Notes: generated from the letters alone by a model not told the origin. A stretch of DNA of 64,000 nt from Polyangiaceae bacterium (GCA_965222375.1 CBDCTZ010000016.1:736001-800000), one strand, 5' to 3'; positions 37,575-49,304 are shown, counted from the first letter of the stretch. Numbers and translations are program-made.

Positions 37575-39326
37575 CTAGCCCTTTGCCGCCTTCTTGGGTT
37601 CTGTGGGAACGAGTCCGCCGAGACCGGCCTGGATGTCGGGGTGGGTGAGGGGATCCCGGGAAGCTTCACGCACGACCCGCTTGCCCTCGGCTCCGCCCAC
37701 TCGCACAAGGGCCCGAGCCACGGACAATACCGCGTTGACCAGCTCTTTCTGGTCCGCGGTCGCGCGGTAGAGAGCGAAGAAGGTTTTCAGCTCGTCGACT
37801 TCGGAACCCGTCGAGAGCTTTTCGAGCGCGCGGGCGGCGCGTTGAATGTCGTCGGGTGTATTGGCTGGATCGTTCAGATGCTTCGCCAGCAGCGGTGCAG
37901 CCCGAGATTCGTCCATAGCCGCCAGGGCGTCGGCCATGGGACCGACGGGAGGTGGACGCAGCACATCCGTCAAGAAGTCGTAGTGCTTGGACAGGGACTC
38001 GAGCATGTGTTCCGCGCCGGTCCGGCGAGCGGAAAGCAGCTGCCGCGCGTCCTTCAAGAGCAGCGGAGGGGTGCGCGAGTTTTCCGCCAGGTCGATCAGG
38101 ACCTTGGTCACGAAGGCCTCTTTCATGGTTCCGAGCTCCCGCAGCAGAAAGCGCTGGGCGACGGCCATTTCTGCCTCGCGCACCTCGATGGCTTTGGCGA
38201 TCTGCTGTGCCAAGGGTGCAGGGGGGTTCCCTCGCGTGATGCTGAAGTTGCCTGCCTGCACGACGCAACCACGAATGTCGCCGTCGAAGCTCAGAGTGCC
38301 CGAGTCCCCGCCGATCTCGTCTCGGAGCACGACCTTGCCGCTTTCCGTGCAGAAGGCGAAACCGCCCTTGGTGCCTGCACCACCGATCACGTCAGAGTCT
38401 GTGGTGCTGACCCAATGCAGCTTCCCTTCCGTGGCACCGAGGCCAATGACGATGCGAAAGTAGGTAGCCGCGAAACGGCCGCCGCTGAGCTGTTCGCCGC
38501 TGGGGTGTGCGAACAGGCGGATACGCTGCCGGGCGGTGGCGGTTGCTGGAGTGACCGAGGCGCCGTCCGTGAACCAAAGCGGTTTGCCCGGAAGCTCCCG
38601 AGTGGGCAAAGTGACCTGGGTGCCCTGTTGTTGAACCGCGCCACCGATTCGCTCATCGAAGCGCACTAGAGACAGCTCGCCGAAATAGATGCTGCCGCCC
38701 AGATTCGCCGCGTGGCTCACTTGCTCACGCAGGAGCAAGCGGCCAACTTCGTTTCCGCCTTCCAAGTCGACCGCCGAAACGTATTGATTACCCCAGGGCA
38801 CGAAGGCGATGCCGCCTTGCACCGCGGGAGTGCCAACCTCGGGCTCGGGGGTGAGCTTCCGGATCACCCGGCCATCCCGCGCGACCGCGAGGAAGAGGCT
38901 GCTGCCTCCCGTGGCGCTGCCCAGGCTTACCACGGTCGTCGCGCCGTCATCTCCTGCGCCGCGCAGGCTTCGACCTTCAGACTCCGTCTCCCACAGCTGG
39001 CGTCCAGTCTTGGCGTCCAGCGCGAACACCGAGCCAGCGTTGGTTGCCACGACCACGCCGCCGCTGACGCTCGGCATCGAGTCGACCTTGCCCGCGTGTT
39101 TCCAGGTCCCGGAACCATCCAACAACACTCCGGAAAGCCCGCTGTGCGTCACGGCCACGGCCACGCCGGGTCCTGCCTCGACCCGGGCGCCCGCGACTTT
39201 CTTCTGCACGGCGGCAATCGACTTGCCCCCGTCGTTCTGCCACTCCGGGGAAAACACCCGGCCTCCTCCAGAGCCTCCCGCGCAGCCAACGGCCGCGAAC
39301 ACGCCGATCCAAATCGCGCTTTTCAT
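37575..39326 (-). CDS. PQQ-like beta-propeller lipoprotein with C-terminal HEAT-like repeats
   Basis: AVGC lipobox; VFALDAKTGRQLW and VSAVDLEGGNEV propeller blades; helical C-terminus. Confidence 0.8.
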   Translation of the reverse strand: MKSAIWIGVFAAVGCAGGSGGGRVFSPEWQNDGGKSIAAVQKKVAGARVEAGPGVAVAVTHSGLSGVLLDGSGTWKHAGKVDSMPSVSGGVVVATNAGSVFALDAKTGRQLWETESEGRSLRGAGDDGATTVVSLGSATGGSSLFLAVARDGRVIRKLTPEPEVGTPAVQGGIAFVPWGNQYVSAVDLEGGNEVGRLLLREQVSHAANLGGSIYFGELSLVRFDERIGGAVQQQGTQVTLPTRELPGKPLWFTDGASVTPATATARQRIRLFAHPSGEQLSGGRFAATYFRIVIGLGATEGKLHWVSTTDSDVIGGAGTKGGFAFCTESGKVVLRDEIGGDSGTLSFDGDIRGCVVQAGNFSITRGNPPAPLAQQIAKAIEVREAEMAVAQRFLLRELGTMKEAFVTKVLIDLAENSRTPPLLLKDARQLLSARRTGAEHMLESLSKHYDFLTDVLRPPPVGPMADALAAMDESRAAPLLAKHLNDPANTPDDIQRAARALEKLSTGSEVDELKTFFALYRATADQKELVNAVLSVARALVRVGGAEGKRVVREASRDPLTHPDIQAGLGGLVPTEPKKAAKG

Positions 39327-40201
39327 GACTCGTCCTCCGCGCTCTCGCTGACGCCGCCCAAAGCCTTCACGGCAGCGTCGAGGGCCTGCTTCACGCGTTT
39401 GCTCCAGTTCTTCGGCCAGCGCTCGGCAACATCGGCGAGGTAGTTGCCGGAGTCTTTGGTGCCCAGCTCACGCAGCCGACCGACAATGCGGATCTTCTGC
39501 GCGTCGGGCATCTCCTTGGGAGGGCGGAACAAGATCTGATCGAATCCACTAGTGACGACGTCGAAGGGCATCTTGCCAAGGTAGCCCGCCAGCTTCTCGC
39601 ACTCCTTGGGTTTGCACAGCTGGCCAATCGACGCCGCGGCCTCGCCCACGTTGTGAGACAACGCCGCGAACAGGTCCGGCAGCGCCTCGCGTGCGTTGAG
39701 GGATCCGAGCCCGCTCGCCGCGATGCCGCGGACTCGCGCGTCGGGGCTGCGAAGCGCTGCCCTGAGCGCCTTGACTGCCACGGGGCCGCCGGTCTTGAGC
39801 AGGGCCTTGCTTGCCGCCCGACGTACATCTGGATTTCGATGCCGATAGTAGGGAGCGATGGCAGTGCTCGAGCTCTTCTGCTCCAAGCCGCCGAGTACCT
39901 CCAGGGCGCGGGACAGGATCGGCACGCTGGCGCCGCGCCGCACCAGCTTCTCGATGTGAGGGGTAGCGACTTTGCCCCCGGCCTCTGCATCCTCGACCTG
40001 CTTCAAGGCCGCCAGGATGCGCTTGGCATCGCCACTCTCTAGCTCCGCTCTGATCTTGGCGGCGCTGATTTTGGACGCAGCTGCTTTGGTTTTGCCTTTG
40101 CCTTGGGCGAAAGCGCTTGGAGCGGCGGTCGCGAAGGCTAGAGTGCAAGCGGCCAGAATCCCGAAGCGGGCCCTCGAGCGTAATACAGTCATTCTCCCCA
40201 T
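39323..40201 (-). CDS. Exported HEAT-repeat protein
   Basis: Signal peptide ...APSAFA; HRNPDVRRAASKAL and SPDARVRGIAASGLG repeats; ATGA-coupled to the propeller gene. The ORF-track extension to 40858 is antisense to the NUDIX gene. Confidence 0.8.
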   Translation of the reverse strand: MGRMTVLRSRARFGILAACTLAFATAAPSAFAQGKGKTKAAASKISAAKIRAELESGDAKRILAALKQVEDAEAGGKVATPHIEKLVRRGASVPILSRALEVLGGLEQKSSSTAIAPYYRHRNPDVRRAASKALLKTGGPVAVKALRAALRSPDARVRGIAASGLGSLNAREALPDLFAALSHNVGEAAASIGQLCKPKECEKLAGYLGKMPFDVVTSGFDQILFRPPKEMPDAQKIRIVGRLRELGTKDSGNYLADVAERWPKNWSKRVKQALDAAVKALGGVSESAEDES

Positions 40202-40258
40202 GGTGAACGTCGATGTACCCTCGGCCGACCTGACCGGCAAGCCCGAGAGCAAGGAACT

Positions 40259-40942
40259 ATGAGCGAATCGAAGCGCGGCATTCCCTCGCCGCCCCATGTA
40301 CGCCTGGAAACCGTGGAGGATCGTTCCCCGCCAGATAGTGGCGGTTTCCTGCGTCTCGTGCGGCGGCGCTATCTCGCTCACTACCCCGACGGAGAAACGA
40401 GCGCGCCATTCAATTACGACGAGGTGGACCGGCCCGCCATCGACGCAGTGGTCGTGCTCGCCCATTTTCGGGCCGAGGACGGAACCAAGCGTGTCTACCT
40501 GCGGAGCGCTGTTCGACCGCCGATGGTCATGCGTGACCGAAGCCGCTCTCCGGTTGAAGAGTTGGAGACTCTCGGTTGCGCTTGGGAGTTGCCCGCGGGC
40601 TTGGTGGAGAGCGACGAGCAGACCGAAGCCGGCCTGCGCACCGGAGCCAAGCGAGAGTTGCTGGAGGAACTCGGTTTCGATGTTGCGGAGGCCGACCTGC
40701 AGGCCTTGGGGCCGAGCACCTTCCCGGCGCCCGGGATTTGTGCCGAACGGCACTTCTTCTTCCATGTGGGTGTCGAGCCGACGAAGCGCAGGGAGCCGGA
40801 GAACGATGGTTCTCCGCTGGAGCACGGCGGGGCCGTCATTGACGTGGCTCTGGAGCAAGCGCTGGATGCGTGTCGCGCAGGGCAGTTGGAAGACGCGAAG
40901 ACCGAATTGGGCCTGCGCCGCTTCGCGGAGTTGTCCATATGA
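40259..40942 (+). CDS. NUDIX hydrolase (ADP-ribose pyrophosphatase-like)
   Basis: WELPAGLVE...AKRELLEELG Nudix box; FPAPG; DAKT. Confidence 0.88.
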   Translation: MSESKRGIPSPPHVRLETVEDRSPPDSGGFLRLVRRRYLAHYPDGETSAPFNYDEVDRPAIDAVVVLAHFRAEDGTKRVYLRSAVRPPMVMRDRSRSPVEELETLGCAWELPAGLVESDEQTEAGLRTGAKRELLEELGFDVAEADLQALGPSTFPAPGICAERHFFFHVGVEPTKRREPENDGSPLEHGGAVIDVALEQALDACRAGQLEDAKTELGLRRFAELSI

Positions 40943-41838
40943 AGGGTCCGCGCGTCATCGTCGTAGTCAAGCGTTCGGCGTACCGACGCTACGTGGAGCA
41001 AGAAGGAGACCCGCGCGCTCGGAAGCTGATCCGACGTCGAGACCCAACCGTGGCGAACTGGCGCCAAGCCCACGACGATCACATGCACACCGTGGACGCG
41101 GTGACCAGCGTGTTGGATTCCCTGGGCGCGCGGGCGTTGACCTTGAAGGGCAGTCACGCGTCCTTCGACTCGGAAGGCGCGGCGCTCGTAGTCGCCGTCG
41201 GAGGCGACGGGACGCTGCTGGCCGCGTCTCACAACGTGGGTCGGGTACCGGTATTGGGCGTCAACAGTGCGCCTCGCTTCAGTGTCGGGTTCTTCTGCGC
41301 AGCTCGGCGCACGAATCTGAAAAAGACCTTGGGTGGCGCCCTAGACGGCAGTCTGGGAAAGGTGCGGCTCGCGCGCATGAGCGTCAGCGTCAACGGGCGC
41401 ATCCGCTCCAAACGAGTTCTCAACGAGGCCCTGTATTGTCACTCCTCGCCTGCCGCAACCTCTCGATACCTGCTCTCTCACAAGCGCATTCGCGAGGAGC
41501 ACAAGTCCAGCGGCTTTTGGATCGGGCCGGCGGCAGGCTCCACGGCCGCGCAGCGCTCGGCCGGTGGTCGGATTTTGCCTCTGCGCTCCCGCAAGCTTCA
41601 GCTCGTAGTGCGGGAGCCCTACTCGAGCTTCGGTCGAAAGTTCCGCCTGTCGCGCTTCCTGATAGACCCCGGGGAGCGGGTCACCGCCGACAGCATGATG
41701 ACCGATGCCTGCATGTTCCTGGACGGGCCCTATCGACGGATCGGCTTCGGTTTGGGGGATTCCGCGAGCTTCACCACGAGTGAGGAGCCCTTGATCGTTC
41801 TAGGACTGCCCGCTAGCCGTGCGGCAGGCTCCAGCTGA
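40939..41838 (+). CDS. nadK: NAD(+) kinase
   Basis: GGDGTLL, LGVNS, LNEA, GSTAA..SAGG; ATGA overlap with the NUDIX gene. Confidence 0.88.
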   Translation: MKGPRVIVVVKRSAYRRYVEQEGDPRARKLIRRRDPTVANWRQAHDDHMHTVDAVTSVLDSLGARALTLKGSHASFDSEGAALVVAVGGDGTLLAASHNVGRVPVLGVNSAPRFSVGFFCAARRTNLKKTLGGALDGSLGKVRLARMSVSVNGRIRSKRVLNEALYCHSSPAATSRYLLSHKRIREEHKSSGFWIGPAAGSTAAQRSAGGRILPLRSRKLQLVVREPYSSFGRKFRLSRFLIDPGERVTADSMMTDACMFLDGPYRRIGFGLGDSASFTTSEEPLIVLGLPASRAAGSS

Positions 41839-41932
41839 CACCCCGCGTTACCCACATTGTAGGACAAGTTTCGCGACGACAGCGCGATCCGCCGGGTATG
41901 GGCGGATGAGCGCGCTATGCTCCGGGCACGTG

Positions 41933-42601
41933 ATGCTGCCCAAATTTCGTCCTGGAGTGTTGGCGTGTGTGTTCATTTTGATGGGCTGCGCGACCGGCGA
42001 AGGAATCGGCCCCGGTGACGGCACGGCTGGCGCGGCTCAAGCAGGCAGTGCAGGTAGCGGTATCGGTGGGAGCAAGACTGATTTCCCCGGTGGTACGGGT
42101 GGGATTTCTGTGGCGGGTGCAGGTGGTGCAGCTGCAGGTGCGGGCGGTTCCTTGGGCGGTAGCGCTGGTGCTGTAACCGGTGGAGCGGCGGGTACCGGAG
42201 CAGGCACAGGTTCTGGCGGCGCGGCGGCGTGCAATCCCGGTGAGAAGAAATGTGGCGGGCTGTGTGTGCCGCCGAGCCCTGGGGTCGGTTGCGACGCGAC
42301 CGCGTGCAGCCCTTGTGCGGTTGTGGCCAACGCCAACCTGAAGTGCAGTGGGACGACCTGCGACTTTGATTGCTTGACCGGGTACATCAAGAGCGGCTCT
42401 TCGTGCATTCCACAAAGTGGGAGTGGAGGTTCGCCCGGAACGGGCGGCACTACAGGCACCGGGGGTGGCGGAGGTGGCGGTTGCGCCTTGCCATGTGACT
42501 GGACAGATCCATCCAACCAGCTCGTGTGCACAGCGGCCTGCTTGCTGAGCGGCAAGAACTTCGGCCTCTGCACGCCGTTCAATTGCTGTAGCTGTACCTG
42601 A
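41933..42601 (+). CDS. Gly/Cys-rich lipoprotein
   Basis: LMGC lipobox; Gly linkers; two Cys-rich modules. Start uncertain. Confidence 0.7.
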   Translation: MLPKFRPGVLACVFILMGCATGEGIGPGDGTAGAAQAGSAGSGIGGSKTDFPGGTGGISVAGAGGAAAGAGGSLGGSAGAVTGGAAGTGAGTGSGGAAACNPGEKKCGGLCVPPSPGVGCDATACSPCAVVANANLKCSGTTCDFDCLTGYIKSGSSCIPQSGSGGSPGTGGTTGTGGGGGGGCALPCDWTDPSNQLVCTAACLLSGKNFGLCTPFNCCSCT

Positions 42602-42663
42602 GCGCCGGCTCACGCCGGATGCTTCCATAGGTGGTGTATGATGCTCGGTACCTGAGGAACACC

Positions 42664-43509
42664 ATGGCGAAGCACGGCCTGAAACTCGCAGTCTCAGTAG
42701 GGCTCTCCATGGCGCTGGCCGCGCCGGGAGCGCTGGCGCAGGACGACGAAAAGAAACCGATGGACGAAGACGACGTCGTTTTCGACAACACCAAGCCAAA
42801 GAAGAAGGACGAACCCGACGTCGTCTTCGACAACACCGCGCCGCCCCCGGAGGAGCCCGAGAAGCTCGAAAACGCGAGTACCTTCGCGACCACCGATCCC
42901 GACGCGCCGGAGGCGCGTCGCCGACGATTCCGACCTGGCTGGGCGGCAGGTTTTCGTCTTGGCTGGTCCATACCGGGCGGGGATTTCGAAAACACCCCAG
43001 CCGGAGCTGCTCCTCTGAGCCTTGGGATTACCGGAGTGCTTGGTCTGGGTATTGATGCAGGCTACCGCTTCACCGAGAACCTTCTCCTCGTCCTGAACGT
43101 CGGCGGGGGCTATGTGTTTCCGAAGAACTGCGGCGGCGGCGAAAGTTGTTCGGGCTGGCAAATCCGTGGCGGTCCCATGGGCATGTGGCGCTTCCTTCCC
43201 TTCCAGAATATCTCGCCCTGGGTGGGATTGGGTGCCGGGTATGAATACATCGTCCAAAGCCGTACCGTGGGAGGTTCGGACAGGAACGTCGCCTACCACG
43301 GTTTTCAGTTCTTGGAGCTGTCCGGTGGCGCTCACTTCCGAACATCCCGAACCTACGCGGGACCCTTCGTTAGCTTTGTCCTGGGACGATATGGGACCAA
43401 ATCCCGCTCTGGCACCCTAGCGGGCGAAGATTACGACGAATCGGATCCCGTGGAGGATCCGGCTACTCACCAGTGGATCACCCTCGGTCTGCACGCAGTG
43501 CTGGACTGA
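42664..43509 (+). CDS. Outer-membrane beta-barrel protein (OmpA/OmpW-like)
   Basis: Signal peptide ...ALA-Q; alternating aromatic beta-strands (DAGYRF, PWVGLGAGYE, HQWITLGLH); duplicated DVVFDNT motif at the N-terminus. Confidence 0.75.
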   Translation: MAKHGLKLAVSVGLSMALAAPGALAQDDEKKPMDEDDVVFDNTKPKKKDEPDVVFDNTAPPPEEPEKLENASTFATTDPDAPEARRRRFRPGWAAGFRLGWSIPGGDFENTPAGAAPLSLGITGVLGLGIDAGYRFTENLLLVLNVGGGYVFPKNCGGGESCSGWQIRGGPMGMWRFLPFQNISPWVGLGAGYEYIVQSRTVGGSDRNVAYHGFQFLELSGGAHFRTSRTYAGPFVSFVLGRYGTKSRSGTLAGEDYDESDPVEDPATHQWITLGLHAVLD

Positions 43510-43518
43510 GCCGACAAC

Positions 43519-44826
<1,308 letters not shown>

Positions 44827-46824
44827 CTATGACCGCTCGCCCATGAAGGACTCCCAGGGCTTCGCTTCCCGGAAGATCCGCACCAATTCGGCGTCGACGT
44901 GACCGTCTTTCACTTCCAATCCCAAGATGTCGAGGGCCTTCTCGATTGGCACTGCACGTTTGTACGGGCGATCGCTCGCGGTCAGCGCGTCGAAGATGTC
45001 GCTGATCGTCATCATCTTGGATTGGATGGGGATTTCCGCGGCGTGCAGGCGGTTGGGGTAGCCGGTGCCGTTGAGACGCTCGTGGTGGGCGCCCGCGATG
45101 ACCGCAACCCGCGAGAAGGTCTTGCCCCAGGGGATCTTCGACAAGAAGCGATAGGTGTGGGTCACGTGGCTACGGATCTCGTCGTATTCCTCAGGCGTCA
45201 GCGAGCCACGCATGACGCTCAAGGACTTCACCTCTCGTTCCGTGAGCAGGGGAGATTCTCCGCCGTCTAGCCGCGCGTAGACCTGCCTCGAAAGGTCGGC
45301 GATCTTCTTGAAATCCCCCGCAGCCAGCACCGTGGGCTCATTGGCGTGCGTGATGGTTTGCCAGGCGTCGTCAAGTTGCGCGCGCCGCTCCAACAACTCC
45401 TGGTCGAAGGCTTCCAGTTCGGAGCGCGATGCGCCACGTTCCATCGCCGTCAGCTTTCGCTCGAGGACGTCCAGCTCTACGGTCCGGGTCACGAAGTCGA
45501 AGCGCTGCCGCACGGAATCGAGTTCGTGGGGGTAGAGCTTCTTGGCCTTCACCAGCACATGCTCACGAACGCCAATCTTGCCGAAATCGTGGAGCAGGGA
45601 GGCGTATTCGATTTCTCGAAGGTCTTCGGGCTTCCAGTTCAGATCGCGATAGGGTCCAGCGTCCTCACGTTCGACTGCCGCTGCCAGACCCACAGTGAGA
45701 TCAGCAACCCGCCGGCTATGACCACTGGTCGTCGGATCTCGCTGCTCGATGGCGTCGACGCTGGCCCGCACGAAGCCTTCAAAAATGGAACGGATCTCGT
45801 CGTACAGAATGGCGTTTTCGAGGGCGATGCCCGCTTGGGCGGCAAGGGTCAGCAAGAGTTGTTCGCTGCGATCGTCGAAGGGCACCACCCAGCGCTCGCA
45901 GTCTTCCGGGCAAGTCAGCTTTTGACTGGCTTCCTTCTTCTTGTTGATGAGCTGCAAGACGCCAATGACCTCTCCGGACTTCGTGACCAGAGGCGTGCAC
46001 AGCATGCTCTTCGTTCGGTATCCCACCTTTTCGTCGAAGGAGCGGTCGAAGCTGAAGGGTGAGCCGGCCGGCATCTCGTAGGCGTCGTCGATGCGCAGCG
46101 TGGTCTTTTCCAGCGCTACATGCCCCGCCATGCTCCCGCGGCTGATGGGCATGGTGAATTCCCGTGAGTCGAAAGAAACCGAGTCGTTTTGGCTCGTCTT
46201 GAAACGCAGGTCCCGGCGGGATGGGTCCGGGTCACTGCCCTCGACTACGTAGATGCTCCCCGCGTCAGCGCCGGTCACGAAGCGACCCTTTTCGAGGATC
46301 AGATGCAGCAGCTGCGCGATCTCGCGCTCGGTCGTGAGCGCTCGGGCGATCTCGATCAGCTCACCCAATTCGTAGCGATAGCGGCTGACCCATTTGCCGC
46401 GGCTCTCGCTGCGGCCCTTCACTTCCATCAGCTCGAAGGCTTGGTTCAGCGCGACGGTCAGCTCCGCGCCTTGAGGCTCTGCTCCGAGAATGGCGAACAA
46501 GCCCCGGTTCTGCGCCTCCGTCAGATCATTGCCTTCGACGCCGCCGAGCAAGATCAGACGCATTTCGTATGCGGTCAGGGCGTCCGCATAGGGCGCGAAG
46601 AGTTCCCGCCCATTTTTCCAGGTCACGCTCGGCGCCAACAAGATGCAGCGCTTCTCCTGCCGTACCAAGCAAAGCAGAGGGTGCGGCCGCACCACCGTCA
46701 CACCCGAGAGCCCCGGCAGTTGGCGGATCGTATCCGCCAGCGCTTGCATCTTCGCCACCGCTTCTTCGGCCCGGCCACTTAGTTTGCGCGGTGCCTGTCC
46801 CCCGGTATCGGTGCTCAGCGTCAT
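44827..46824 (-). CDS. GAF + HD-GYP cyclic-dinucleotide phosphodiesterase (split HD domain)
   Basis: GAF (GYRTKSMLCTPL...IGVLQLIN); TSGHSRRV, LLHDFGK, HHERLNGTGYP, DIFDALT..RPYK. Confidence 0.9.
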   Translation of the reverse strand: MTLSTDTGGQAPRKLSGRAEEAVAKMQALADTIRQLPGLSGVTVVRPHPLLCLVRQEKRCILLAPSVTWKNGRELFAPYADALTAYEMRLILLGGVEGNDLTEAQNRGLFAILGAEPQGAELTVALNQAFELMEVKGRSESRGKWVSRYRYELGELIEIARALTTEREIAQLLHLILEKGRFVTGADAGSIYVVEGSDPDPSRRDLRFKTSQNDSVSFDSREFTMPISRGSMAGHVALEKTTLRIDDAYEMPAGSPFSFDRSFDEKVGYRTKSMLCTPLVTKSGEVIGVLQLINKKKEASQKLTCPEDCERWVVPFDDRSEQLLLTLAAQAGIALENAILYDEIRSIFEGFVRASVDAIEQRDPTTSGHSRRVADLTVGLAAAVEREDAGPYRDLNWKPEDLREIEYASLLHDFGKIGVREHVLVKAKKLYPHELDSVRQRFDFVTRTVELDVLERKLTAMERGASRSELEAFDQELLERRAQLDDAWQTITHANEPTVLAAGDFKKIADLSRQVYARLDGGESPLLTEREVKSLSVMRGSLTPEEYDEIRSHVTHTYRFLSKIPWGKTFSRVAVIAGAHHERLNGTGYPNRLHAAEIPIQSKMMTISDIFDALTASDRPYKRAVPIEKALDILGLEVKDGHVDAELVRIFREAKPWESFMGERS

Positions 46825-47873
46825 TGCTCCTCGCCGTTTTCTCTGCGCGGCTCCCCTCGCCCACCGCGAGGGCCCCCGTTGTTGCGCCGTTCGTCCTCGT
46901 CACGGCGCAACTCAGCGTCGCGCTTTTCGTACGCAACGACAATCTTTTGTACCAAGGAGTGCCGAACTACGTCCGCCTCTGTAAACATGCAGAAAGCGAT
47001 TCCCGGGATGCTCGACAAAAGCTGGCTCGCCTCCCGTAGGCCGCTACGTGCGCCCGTGGGCAGGTCCGTCTGGGTCACATCGCCAGTCACGCAGGCTTTG
47101 GAACCGAAGCCGAGGCGGGTCAAAAACATTCGCATCTGCTCGGAAGTCGCGTTCTGGGCTTCGTCCAGGATCACGAAGGAGTCGTTTAGGGTGCGCCCGC
47201 GCATGAATGCGAGGGGTGCGACTTCGATTTGTCCGCGCTCCTGCAGCTGCTCCACTTTGTCGAAGTCCAGCATGTCATGCAGGGCGTCGTAGAGCGGACG
47301 CAGGTACGGGTTCACCTTCTCGGCCAAGTCCCCCGGCAAGAAGCCGAGCTTCTCCCCAGCCTCGACCGCCGGGCGAGTCAAGATGATGCGCTTCACGCGC
47401 TTTTGCATCAGCGCGCTCGCCGCCATGGCCATGGCTAGGTAGGTCTTGCCGGTTCCGGCGGGGCCGATCCCGAAGGTCAGGTCATGCTCACGAATGGCCT
47501 GGATGTAGCGGCGCTGGGCTTGGCCCTTGGGAGCGATGGGTTTGCGGCGCGGAGTGATCAGAACCACTTCATCGATCAGATCGACCAGAGTGCTGTCGGG
47601 ATCGTCTCGCAGCCCGCGTACGGTTCGTCCCACGTCGTTGGGTCCGATCTCGTAGCCTTTGCTCACGAGCTGGGCGACGTCGGACAGGAAGCGATGCGCC
47701 ACGCGCACGTCGACCTTTTCCCCCGATAGATAGATGGTGTTGCCCCGCAAGCTCACCTCGGCCCCGCTCTGCCGGGACAGTTCGCCCAGGAGCGCGCTCT
47801 GGGGACCCGACAGCGCCATGAGCACGGAGGTGTTTTCGACTTCCAGGCTCTCGCTGTACGGGGTGTCACTCAT
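46821..47873 (-). CDS. phoH: PhoH family ATPase
   Basis: GPAGTGKT, TRPAVEAGEKLGFLPG, LAFMRGRTL, LDEAQN, GDVTQTDL. Confidence 0.95.
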   Translation of the reverse strand: MSDTPYSESLEVENTSVLMALSGPQSALLGELSRQSGAEVSLRGNTIYLSGEKVDVRVAHRFLSDVAQLVSKGYEIGPNDVGRTVRGLRDDPDSTLVDLIDEVVLITPRRKPIAPKGQAQRRYIQAIREHDLTFGIGPAGTGKTYLAMAMAASALMQKRVKRIILTRPAVEAGEKLGFLPGDLAEKVNPYLRPLYDALHDMLDFDKVEQLQERGQIEVAPLAFMRGRTLNDSFVILDEAQNATSEQMRMFLTRLGFGSKACVTGDVTQTDLPTGARSGLREASQLLSSIPGIAFCMFTEADVVRHSLVQKIVVAYEKRDAELRRDEDERRNNGGPRGGRGEPRRENGEEQ

Positions 47874-48068
47874 TTGGGGCGGTGGGGCTCCGAATCGGCA
47901 AAGGGTCGTGAGGAGGCTTCAGGATATCCTTGAAGCCTCGACTTCGCACGAAGTGTCGTGGCTGACGCGTCGGTGGCCGCCCATCGCCAACCTTCCGCTT
48001 CCGAGGCACCGCGTACGCGATCGCCCTTTTCTTGGCCTTTGCGGCCAACCGCCGGTAACCCCGGAGGC

Positions 48069-49304
48069 ATGCGTGGCTGGAGCCGGTGGATTGGAATCGG
48101 GGCTGCGGCAGGGCTGATTTTCGCTCTGGTGCCCGTGGTGAGAGGTGACATCGCCTTCGAAGGCGCTCTGCGCAAGCTGTCGCCTCGGCCCGTGGATGTG
48201 CCCAAGGGCCCGAACCTCGACGGGTTCGATTTGATGCGCCTCGACATGCGTCCGCGCAGGGTGCTGACGCCGCTGTCCGAGGGCCGCTACGCAAAGCTGA
48301 CCCTCGACCCGACCGTGCAACGCGCCGCGATCACGGAGATGAAAAAGTACCGCGTTCCCGAGGCTGGCGTAGTGGTTCAGAGTGTCAAGACGGGGCGCTT
48401 GCTGGCCTATGCTAGCTACGTGAACACGGGCCCGAAGTTCGACGTGAACGTCCGGGCGGAGCCGCCCGCGGCCAGCGTGTTCAAGGTCGTTACGAGCGCT
48501 GCGTTGGTCGAAAAAGCCGGGCTCAATGCCAAGACCGAGCAGTGTTATCGGGGCGGGCGTAGCAGGATCATGGCGGACGAACTGCGGGAGGACCCTGCTC
48601 GGGACAAGTGGTGTTCGACCCTAGCCATGGCCATGGGGCGCAGTCTCAACGTCGTCTACGGTCGTTTGGCGCAGAAGCACCTCACGCCCGAGGATCTCAC
48701 TGCGATGGGTGGCGCATTCGGCTTCGGAGCACCGACACCGTTTCCCGTGGCCAATGAAGCGCCCAGCATCGACATTCCCAATGACCCTCTGGAGTTTGCC
48801 CGGGCCAGTGCTGGTTTCTGGCATACGACCCTGTCACCTCTCTCCGCCGTCGGCATCGTGCAAGCTGTTGCGAACGGAGGTGTCGCGCTCAAGCCCCAAA
48901 TCGTGGATTCGATCCATCGAGGCAAAGAGACCCTCTGGACCGAGTCCAAAGAGCCGAAGGTGCTCCGCCGTTCAGTGAAGCCCGAGACTGCCGACGAGTT
49001 GACCAAAATGATGATCCAAACAACTCGGAATGGCTCCGCCTTCAAGAGCTTCCACGACCGGCGCGGTCGCCCCTTCCTGCCCGGGATCACCGTCGCTGGA
49101 AAGACCGGGACGCTGACCAAACACAAGAAGAACCGGCACTACACTTGGTTCGTTGGATTCGCGCCAGCGGAAAAGCCGGAGATCGCCATCTCGGCGCTTG
49201 TGGTGAACACTCCTACCTGGCGCATCAAGGGTCCAGAGCTCGCGAGGAATGTGTTGCGCGCCTATTTCGCCAAGAAGGGCAGGAAAGGTGTTTCGGCACC
49301 CTGA
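48069..49304 (+). CDS. Penicillin-binding transpeptidase-domain protein
   Basis: GGAGG RBS; N-terminal TM; SVFK (SxxK), SLN (SxN), KTG, TWFVGFAP. Confidence 0.9.
   Translation: MRGWSRWIGIGAAAGLIFALVPVVRGDIAFEGALRKLSPRPVDVPKGPNLDGFDLMRLDMRPRRVLTPLSEGRYAKLTLDPTVQRAAITEMKKYRVPEAGVVVQSVKTGRLLAYASYVNTGPKFDVNVRAEPPAASVFKVVTSAALVEKAGLNAKTEQCYRGGRSRIMADELREDPARDKWCSTLAMAMGRSLNVVYGRLAQKHLTPEDLTAMGGAFGFGAPTPFPVANEAPSIDIPNDPLEFARASAGFWHTTLSPLSAVGIVQAVANGGVALKPQIVDSIHRGKETLWTESKEPKVLRRSVKPETADELTKMMIQTTRNGSAFKSFHDRRGRPFLPGITVAGKTGTLTKHKKNRHYTWFVGFAPAEKPEIAISALVVNTPTWRIKGPELARNVLRAYFAKKGRKGVSAP

Noticed and set aside
40202..41783. Long alternative ORFs (39323..40858 N-terminal extension, 40296..41783; likewise 30566..31636, 37557..38669, 51173..52279)
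   Set aside because: These are shadow ORFs expected in high-GC DNA; they overlap well-supported genes and carry no recognisable motifs.
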